Part shown: one piece after another, positions 56,353 to 64,000 of the stretch | Layout of the letters: the number at the start of each line of letters is the position of its first letter | How positions within the stretch are numbered: the first letter of the stretch is position 1 | IMG/VR virus record: IMGVR_UViG_3300033066_001917 | Location: 136,246-200,245 of that record | Length of the DNA stretch: 64,000 bases | Source: a virus | Taxonomy: Duplodnaviria; Caudoviricetes | Direction: 5' to 3' (one strand) | Made by a program: the position numbers and the translations under genes | The notes under the pieces: generated by a model | What the model was told of the DNA's origin: nothing | Databases searched by the model: none | What the model saw: the letters and a program-made list of their open reading frames with translations, nothing else

Positions 56353-57804
56353 TCAGAAGTCTTCATTTTCTTCACGGTTTCCCCAACCCAAACCCACAGA
56401 AGCATGAACCTGAACAAGGCCCTTCCGTGGAGTTACGGACACCGCGGTACCCCGGGGGAATCGTTTCATCGCGCCAGGGATTCGTAGGATGGGAATGTTT
56501 CGCACCATTGCCTCTTGTGCAAGGTGACAGGTAGCACCCCCCTCTTCCGTGATCACAGCTTTGGCTTGCATAACTCGATCCAGATAATCAGGGCTCAGAT
56601 TTGGGAGGACAAGGATTTCCTGCCCCACGGTGCCAAAGACATAAGGCTCTTCACCCTCAGAAAGTACGGTGGCAGAGAAACCACCCATCTCATGCTGGAT
56701 TTTACCCATCGTGACAATGAAAGCCCGGTGTTCCGGACCATCGTAGGGATAACCTCCAGCGTAGGAAAACGGTAGGTCATTCCCATGAACATCATAGGCA
56801 CCAAGGTAGGCGTCCGAATGGTCCGGGTTGTCACTACCGAGTTTCAGACCCTGCGGTGAAATGTTTTTCCACGTTGGGGCCATGTCGGATAGAACAGTTC
56901 TCCCCAGAGCGTAGTTCAGAAAAGGAACTCGCGGAACCCTCCCAACAACGTTATCCATCTCGTCGTAAAGGGGAATGTAGTCATCTCCGCAAGCATCTCG
57001 GATCTGCTTTCGATACCCTTTGAGCTGAAAGTTGAACTGGAATTCCTGGAAGACCGGATCCTGTCGCTTTGCCGCCCGAACTTTATCCAGAGTATCCTCC
57101 GGGTATCTCTCCGGAGGGGTTACCTCTTCCGTGGGGGGCTCGATGATATCGAGGGTGCGGTTAACTTGAGCCATACTCCGAAGGGCATCCGCGGGTGTCC
57201 GGAGAGGTTCCCACCAGCTTGGGGGTGGGTCACACGGTTCGAAGATGACCATAGGATTCTTCCCCAAGGTCTCGAAATCACCCTTCACAATCGCCCCCAC
57301 TTCTCCGTCTTCGGTGAAGTAGGAAGCCCGATTGGCCAACATCTCATCCGTCCATGTACCTACGTACTGGTTTCGGAGAGATGAACGCTTACGTGCAAAT
57401 TCAGCATCTCGGTTTCCCGGATTGACCACCCAAGCCCTAGGAACAAACCACCCTTTTTTCCCAGGGAACTTCACCCTGCCTGCGTACACCCAGCGGGTCT
57501 TCTCCAGATACTCTGGGTCGGAGTCTTCCTCCACGTTGAAGCCATCGGTCTCGTTTCCGGAGAACCGATGGCTCCCATCCAGAATCTTCCGGGCAATATC
57601 TTCGATGCCATCTCCGTTGAGTCCCTTCACAATCATCCGAAGGGCCTTCGCGTAGTCCCCCTCAAGGAAAACGGCCCTCACCAAATCGGTGAAACCTTCG
57701 CCAGAAAGGCGAAAATGAAGTGCTGTCATATGACACTCCGCTGTGGAAAGGTCAGGAATTGAGAAGCTCCCGAGCCGACCGTACCTGATCGGCTGCGAAC
57801 TCAA
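56353..57804 (-). CDS. protein with C-terminal PEP-utilising swivel (phosphohistidine) domain
   Basis: AKAVITEEGGATCHLA..IP. Confidence 0.7.
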   Translation of the reverse strand: MSSQPIRYGRLGSFSIPDLSTAECHMTALHFRLSGEGFTDLVRAVFLEGDYAKALRMIVKGLNGDGIEDIARKILDGSHRFSGNETDGFNVEEDSDPEYLEKTRWVYAGRVKFPGKKGWFVPRAWVVNPGNRDAEFARKRSSLRNQYVGTWTDEMLANRASYFTEDGEVGAIVKGDFETLGKNPMVIFEPCDPPPSWWEPLRTPADALRSMAQVNRTLDIIEPPTEEVTPPERYPEDTLDKVRAAKRQDPVFQEFQFNFQLKGYRKQIRDACGDDYIPLYDEMDNVVGRVPRVPFLNYALGRTVLSDMAPTWKNISPQGLKLGSDNPDHSDAYLGAYDVHGNDLPFSYAGGYPYDGPEHRAFIVTMGKIQHEMGGFSATVLSEGEEPYVFGTVGQEILVLPNLSPDYLDRVMQAKAVITEEGGATCHLAQEAMVRNIPILRIPGAMKRFPRGTAVSVTPRKGLVQVHASVGLGWGNREENEDF

Positions 57805-58321
57805 CCAGTAGCCATAGATCCTTCTCGGCCGTGGGATTCATGTTCTTCGGTCGGGTCTCCCACTCCCGCAGGAGGGTGGAATGACGGTTGATGGAATCGA
57901 GCAGGTATCGGGCAGGAGACTTGGGTTTCATAGGGTTTTCCTCTCAGGTTGGATCAGGTGTTCTCGGTGATGCCGTTCCCTTTGGGGTCACACGTTGTCG
58001 CGTAGACACGAGCGGGACCGTCGTACGTGTTAGTTCCCTTGGGGCCGTCGTCCCCCACGGTTTGTTCGTAGACGGCAACCATCTCCTCGCGGGTGTCGAA
58101 GAAGAGGTAGACGCACCCCTCTACGCGCAGGTGGAACCACAGCATTGGATCACTGGCGAGCCACGGTGCGGCCAGGGTGACCTCCACCTCATCCTCTCCA
58201 GGGGTGGAAAGAGAGGCATACATACCCCACTTCCCATTAACCTTGCAAAGAGCGGAAAGAATCGTGGCTGAATCAGACTTAGCGATTTTCATGCCGTACC
58301 TCGTGTTGAATCGTGTTGAAC

Positions 58322-58627
58322 TCACACCAGATCCAGGGAGACCCACCGAACAGCCCCCTCGACCTCGTTGTAATGGTAAGCAAGCTCCTGGAGAGCCTTG
58401 ACCGTGGTAATGGGACGAGGGAACTGTTCTCCCTGAGCGTGCTCAAACGTGCCAACAACGGGATCGGCATCGTACCCATCCCATTCTTCAGGGAGCTGCG
58501 GGGAGGAACCCTCACACCAGTGAATCGTGGCGGAAACTTGAACGCCATCCATCCGCTGCGTGACCTCAATGGGAACGCGGGTACCGTTGGCGAGAAGGAA
58601 CGAGGGATTGAAGGTCGACTTTCCCAT
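58322..58627 (-). CDS. hypothetical protein (class-1 promoter gene)
   Basis: GAGG SD, motif 58644-58670. Confidence 0.6.
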   Translation of the reverse strand: MGKSTFNPSFLLANGTRVPIEVTQRMDGVQVSATIHWCEGSSPQLPEEWDGYDADPVVGTFEHAQGEQFPRPITTVKALQELAYHYNEVEGAVRWVSLDLV

Positions 58628-58677
58628 GGTGTTTCCTCACCCCTATATCGGGTGAACACGGAGAAAGTAACTGAAAA

Positions 58678-60231
58678 TCAGCGCCAACTTTTACGTTTGG
58701 TGATTTTGTCGGATGCCAGCTTCCAACTCATTTTCGCTACTTCCCGCTGCATAGGGAGGTTTCCGCACTGCCAACCGCTATTGGTTGGCTGAAATAAGCG
58801 GTTGCAAGCTCCCATTGAAAAATCAAATAACAAAAGTGCTTCCAGCATTGGAAGGAAGTCCTGGGACAGAACCTTGCCGTGGTATATGTACGCCATTTCC
58901 CTAGCAAAACCGCGCAAATGAACCTCATCGTAACCATATCGATCCGGCATACGTGAGCGAACTTTGCTTTTGTAGCCCTGCTGTTTCAGAGCCTCAAGGA
59001 CATCGTCGGAGAACCTAAATGGAGCCTTGTGCCCCAGGTAATGATCACGATTGGTTACGTCACTGTCCGTGCAGTCACATTTTGTAATGGTAAACTCCGT
59101 GGGGTCACCCTCAAGAGTAGACGTGGTCGTAGTAACGTGAAAAATCCCCTTGCGTTTACTACCCCCTGTTAGGGAGCGATTACAAAAAGTGCGAATATAT
59201 GGAATTTGAAACTCCGGCCCCAAATTCTGGTCCAAACGTTTGAAAGGTACCGACTTATCCTTCAAATGGTCCAAAGAAGCTTGGAATCGTCGGTGGAGCT
59301 CGGCCTTGGTTTCCTTGGTGAAGTTGTCAAGAATTTGCTCCCATCCAAGGGTGGGATTTCTTTGCATCCCCTCTTCAAGTAAGCGGTTGAGCCTAATTTC
59401 TTTCGCCCTCTTAGACTTCAGCTCAAGAAGAATTGGATAGTAGAAAGTATGACTTTTAGCCCAAACCAAGGCTTGGGATGGAAAGGTCATACCCAACTTC
59501 TTGACCAAAGCACAAAGATCCTTCACATGATAGCCAAGGTCAACTTTTTTGCCACGATACGAAGCCTTACTGGACATATAACCGTCATACCAGACGGTCA
59601 GATCCGGAAGTTCGGGGTGGGTGTATGGGATGTTGTACCTATCCCCATCGTGAACACCGGAACCAAAGATAGAAATGGCAAGGGACGAATCCTGCTTGCC
59701 CTTGAGAAAACCCATCCCCTTGAGGACTTGGCCCGTTACCCAAGATCCAACATATGAGGATGTAATGTTTTCTCCGGATTCGTCCAGAACCTGACTGGAA
59801 AATTTGTCCCAAGCCTCCTTAGCCACCCAACATCCCCTCAGGCCCCCGTCCCAGGAGGCACAATGGGAGAGCCTGTGTTTTCTAGACTTGGCCGCAAGTT
59901 TGACCGTATAAGGAGTGGTACCACCGTGAGCTACGGCTTCTAAAAAGTCTCTGAAATTCTTTTCCCCGCCCATTTTTCGGGTCAAGTATTCCGTGTTGGC
60001 ATCTCGGGTGTATTCCTCCATCTCACCATAATCCCCAACAACCCCGAAGATTGGAAGGGTCAAAGGAGCCGGAATGGCACAAGCCCCTTCATTTGAAATA
60101 ACCCTAGATCCAAGGTCGAAACACGGCCGTCTACGATCACCGCTTATAGCCGGGGCTAGAGGGATGAGAACAGCAGATTCATTTGCGAGAGTGGCCCCAG
60201 TGAGCACACATGAAACACTTGAAGATCCCAT
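58678..60231 (-). CDS. large hypothetical protein
   Basis: start moved to MGSSSVSC (GTAA-N8-ATG); longer ORF overlaps 60257..60601. Confidence 0.7.
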   Translation of the reverse strand: MGSSSVSCVLTGATLANESAVLIPLAPAISGDRRRPCFDLGSRVISNEGACAIPAPLTLPIFGVVGDYGEMEEYTRDANTEYLTRKMGGEKNFRDFLEAVAHGGTTPYTVKLAAKSRKHRLSHCASWDGGLRGCWVAKEAWDKFSSQVLDESGENITSSYVGSWVTGQVLKGMGFLKGKQDSSLAISIFGSGVHDGDRYNIPYTHPELPDLTVWYDGYMSSKASYRGKKVDLGYHVKDLCALVKKLGMTFPSQALVWAKSHTFYYPILLELKSKRAKEIRLNRLLEEGMQRNPTLGWEQILDNFTKETKAELHRRFQASLDHLKDKSVPFKRLDQNLGPEFQIPYIRTFCNRSLTGGSKRKGIFHVTTTTSTLEGDPTEFTITKCDCTDSDVTNRDHYLGHKAPFRFSDDVLEALKQQGYKSKVRSRMPDRYGYDEVHLRGFAREMAYIYHGKVLSQDFLPMLEALLLFDFSMGACNRLFQPTNSGWQCGNLPMQREVAKMSWKLASDKITKRKSWR

Positions 60232-60838
60232 AGTACCGATTACACCCGAAAATGAATCATGGGTTAGCCCAGGAAGGGAATTCGACCCAATTAGGAAGAA
60301 CCCACCCTTTGGTGGGGAGAACCCGGTCGAAAACCTCACCCATGGGTGCGAGCTTAAAGGATCCTGTAAGAATGTCACTGGGATCAGCCGAGCACTCCTG
60401 AATCCCGTTCCCTTTGAAAATAGAACAGAGAGGAGTCGTACGCGCCGCAAGGATTCCGGGAAAAGGAGCAGCCAGCCACCGACACCCGTCGAGATTTTCC
60501 TCAATGATCAAAAAGAGGATCTGAGAACCGGAGGTATCAACCCGAAGAATGAGTTCTGGAATGTCCGTTTCAATGAGAATAGCAGTGTTAGGCATGGTCA
60601 CACCGTATACTTGAGGGAGAATTCTTTGACCGGATTTCCATCACCCCACGACCGGGCAGAGGCACTCACTTCCCAGCGACCGTCGGCAGCACGCGAAACC
60701 GTGAAGTTGTCGAAGACGATATTTTTTGCTTCGACCGAACCACAACATCCACACCCGGTCAACCAGATGTCATTCTGGATGAAAAGGTTGGCCGTGGACC
60801 GAACCGCGGAGTCAAATTCATCTTCAGACAGATTTTTA

Positions 60839-61768
60839 TTATGGTCGTCCATATTCACCCCTACCAGAATCAGTTAGTTTGGTTGTTTCGTAGATTCGGA
60901 GAAGATACCCCTCCACGTCGTCTACAATTCGTTGTGCATATTGTGTATTATGAGCTCCGACCAATGCCCCCCACAGATCATCAAAGTCATACGAAACACC
61001 AACGGGGCGGATATCAGCCAGAAATACAAGGTCAACCCTATCCGGCTCTCCAGGGTCGTAATTTTCCGGGGGACCATTTCTACCCGAAGGGCGTGATCCT
61101 GGTTCAAACTTGCCCACAACTTGACAGGTACCAATCACGGGAAGATGAACGTACCCATAAACACGATCTTTTTGCAGTTTGGACAAGTCAACTTTCGCAG
61201 TGTTAATCGCCAAAGCAATCTGTGCGAGAGTTAAGGACTTCTCGTCATCTTCAACAAACGCCTGCGGTTTAACCTCCACACCACCGGAATTGAGGGCAGA
61301 AATGGATATAACTTTGTCCGGGGTACCCGGAACGTAACTATCCGGCCAATAGGGAGCACCGGAATCAGGGATCCCTTTTCGAATACGAGCGGTGATATCA
61401 CAGAATCCATTGCCTTTGAGGTAAGCCCCAAATTGAACGGTGGTGTACTTCTCCGCTACTTCCTCACGGGCTAGGCGGATAACTTCGGATAGGTTGTAAG
61501 CAGCTCGGGTAAACCATCCGCTAGTCGAGGGTAGATGCCCCTCCTTCTGAAGCCGAAGAATGTCCTGGAACATTTTTTCTGACTCCTCTTTTCCAGCTTT
61601 CAGCAGTAGACTCTGAGCCGTATCTACGGCTTCATCCATAGTCTGTGCCGTACCCTGATCCTCACCGCAGCACAGAATCATTTTGGACTTTGAATCCCAA
61701 ACCCAGTTCTCCAGACCTATTGCGGTCGCGAGAATCTCGTAGCGATCTGAAAGGTTGATATGTGGCAT
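60839..61768 (-). CDS. hypothetical protein
   Basis: GTAA-N8-ATG; 309 aa. Confidence 0.65.
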   Translation of the reverse strand: MPHINLSDRYEILATAIGLENWVWDSKSKMILCCGEDQGTAQTMDEAVDTAQSLLLKAGKEESEKMFQDILRLQKEGHLPSTSGWFTRAAYNLSEVIRLAREEVAEKYTTVQFGAYLKGNGFCDITARIRKGIPDSGAPYWPDSYVPGTPDKVISISALNSGGVEVKPQAFVEDDEKSLTLAQIALAINTAKVDLSKLQKDRVYGYVHLPVIGTCQVVGKFEPGSRPSGRNGPPENYDPGEPDRVDLVFLADIRPVGVSYDFDDLWGALVGAHNTQYAQRIVDDVEGYLLRIYETTKLTDSGRGEYGRP

Positions 61769-62085
61769 AGTAAAATTTACGCTTGCTTAGACAATTGTGG
61801 TTGAGTACCCCACTACGGGCCGCCAGAGTCACAGCTACCCGAAGAACTTCGAGGTTGGGGTCATAAATGGGAAGGGCCGTGTTCACTCTCCGAAATAGGT
61901 TTCGTGAAATTCGAGAAGATCCGGGTATTGGTAGAGTTTGTCTTTGTCCGTGAGGTAACGGACCCGAGCCGTCTCTACGTCCCCGCACGCGAGATACTTC
62001 GCGGTATCTCGCGCGCAACTTACCCCCATTCTGGGGTTGGCTTCGGATTGAAGGCGCATGATCTCTTCCGATACCTGCTCTGGTG

Positions 62086-62458
62086 TCATCGATTGACTCC
62101 CTCCCACGTAGCGAACCCGAAGATGGAAGAACCACCACCCCCACCGGAACCAGGATTCCCATTCCACCGTGTGTTAGGGTTGGAGTGAATTCCGCGAACG
62201 GGGGTGGTTGAGGGGAGCTCGGCTACGTAGACCTTCTGCCCCCACTCCTGAGCACACTCCGTCAGGAGTTGGATGAGAACCTTGATCGGGTACAGGTTCC
62301 CGTTCGGATCCCGGAGATTGCGCTGGAGAATGGCAATCTCCGGGCGACGAAGAACAATCTGCCCGAATTCATTCACGCGCTCGTCGTCAATCATGTACTG
62401 AAGGAACCCCTCCAGGCTTTGAGCCGCGGGGTCATCCGGGGAAAGATCGATCACCATG
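62086..62458 (-). CDS. hypothetical protein (class-1 promoter gene)
   Basis: GGAGG SD, motif about 62475-62502. Confidence 0.6.
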
Positions 62459-62513
62459 TTGCCTCCACATCCTCTATATAGGTTGAGAAGGGAGAAAAAC
62501 AACTAAGAAGCTA

Positions 62514-63737
62514 TCAGGGAACGAGGCCCTTGGATTTCAAATGTGTGTAGAGATTGACCAAAGACCCGTTCTGTCGAATATAGCCAAACCACGAATAAGG
62601 ATCCATGGGGTAGGGTCCGGTGAGAGACTCTTCCCTCATCCCCCCGACGAGTGCGGCTTTTCTTCGTTCCTGAACCGGCATATTGTTGAAGGATCGATGG
62701 AGCTCATTGACATCAAAGTAGCCCTCATAAATGGGACCAAGTTGAATTGGATGCTGCCGGTACATCGCCTCGACAAACTCCGAAAGTCTCCCCCTGGATT
62801 CGAACTTGGTAACGGCATCAAACCAGATGTACTTGGAAGCACCACTAAGGGCTACTTCTGTGTGCATCCCATACTCACGCAGAAGTGGTAGAATCTCATC
62901 TATGGTTGAGTATATCGACCCAAGAGCTTCGTAGAAAAATTTGTTGAAGATTCTAGGCTCAACGGGCTTGGATCCACGGACAAATTGGACCGAAACCGAC
63001 TTCCTCTCCTGCCGCTCATCCACAGCAGTAGTTTGACCCACGTCCAGAAGAACACGTCGGAGGTAAAGCCGAAGGGCTACGGGATCAACGGCTAGATTGT
63101 GGTAGCTTTCGAGTTTTTTGAGGGTTTCGGAAGGATTCTGAGTGCTCTGATTGATATGGGCACACAGCTTTACAAGGGGCATGTGTGTAGCGGGCTCCCC
63201 CAGGGCTAACAGAATTTCTCTATCCACCGGAGTACCCCTCGTGACCATGAGAGAAATAAGGGCCTGATCGGTCAACGGGTTTCGATTCTCGTCCACCTCT
63301 GTTCCAGGATCATAGGTTCTGCCATTGACCCAAGAAGTGGGTCCCTGATCGAATACAACACTCTCATAGATCCCATTCCCACAACGACAACAGGAACCAC
63401 TTTCAATTTTCTGCCACTTTCCAGCTTTAGGACGAAGGTCTAATGAACGGCATGACCCACAGAATCTAAGGTTGGGAGTCAAAAGAGGGAGAAGATTGAG
63501 GAGGTATTCCACACGAGTTTCAGGAACTTCAATCCCAGCCGACGCCGTCACCTTATCCAAGGTGCGAGTGATAGCCCGTTCTGGAAGATTGTTTATCTCC
63601 TCGTATGTGACTCCGGGTGCCACCAGAAGAGAAACAATCTTTGCTACCGCTTCTGGTTTCTCTTGCAAAAGGAGAGCTTCGGAGATAGCCAGTAAAAACC
63701 CTGTTTTGTGGGCTTCATGGACAGGACGTTCATTCAT
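62514..63737 (-). CDS. Zn-ribbon protein with tandem effector-associated-domain-like helical modules
   Basis: CGSC..CCRC; ALGSIY..WFDAVTKFESRGRLSEFVEAMYRQHP resembles EAD1. Confidence 0.55.
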   Translation of the reverse strand: MNERPVHEAHKTGFLLAISEALLLQEKPEAVAKIVSLLVAPGVTYEEINNLPERAITRTLDKVTASAGIEVPETRVEYLLNLLPLLTPNLRFCGSCRSLDLRPKAGKWQKIESGSCCRCGNGIYESVVFDQGPTSWVNGRTYDPGTEVDENRNPLTDQALISLMVTRGTPVDREILLALGEPATHMPLVKLCAHINQSTQNPSETLKKLESYHNLAVDPVALRLYLRRVLLDVGQTTAVDERQERKSVSVQFVRGSKPVEPRIFNKFFYEALGSIYSTIDEILPLLREYGMHTEVALSGASKYIWFDAVTKFESRGRLSEFVEAMYRQHPIQLGPIYEGYFDVNELHRSFNNMPVQERRKAALVGGMREESLTGPYPMDPYSWFGYIRQNGSLVNLYTHLKSKGLVP

Positions 63738-64000
63738 GGCAGAAGTTACCCACCATTTGAAGAACTGGCATAGGGCTTCCGAAGATCTGCTAGAACCCGA
63801 GCAAGGTCCCCAGCTAAAGAAAATCCAACATTTTCAGGGGTTGGGTTGTTACCTATTTTCAGTTGGTGAGACCGCTCCTCCAGAACTGATTGATGGAAAC
63901 TATCCATAGGCCAACGAAGAGAGGCCACATACTCCTGAAATGTTTGACCCTCCGGACCAACTTTCAGTGCCAGCACTTCTTGCGTAAAATCGTCCATAGG

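Noticed and set aside
9500-60877. Long plus-strand ORFs such as 9500..10171, 12893..13558, 32253..32876 and 60074..60877
   Set aside because: Antisense shadows of better-supported minus-strand genes, with no motifs

Overview
Accessory region of a large (jumbo-type) dsDNA phage genome. It has dense short genes almost all on the minus strand and no integrase, rRNA or CRISPR array. There are 26 tRNA genes plus about six non-canonical tRNA-like or structured RNAs, and six free-standing endonuclease genes that each abut a tRNA. Recognisable proteins: two Dam-like adenine methylases, NMN adenylyltransferase, small (p)ppGpp hydrolase, DHH phosphoesterase, Rnl2-like ligase, Sir2, phosphoribosyltransferase, YjjX-like NTPase, metallophosphoesterase, DHFR, a Zn deaminase, three DUF4419 paralogues and a Cys-rich FGE/C-lectin lipoprotein that hints at a myxobacterial host (inference). 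Most notable: (1) a 126-nt twin-elbow RNA in which a circularly permuted tRNA replaces the anticodon loop of another tRNA; (2) an RF1-like release factor with a prfB-type GGAG-N3-CTT-TGA-C +1 frameshift; (3) a structured RNA motif present twice beside tRNAs; (4) stand-alone pieces of bacterial conflict systems (EAD-like adaptors, STAND-like domain, DUF262) that may be decoys; (5) two recurring upstream motifs that split genes into SD-led and apparently leaderless classes. All family assignments come from motif recognition by eye; no searches were run.
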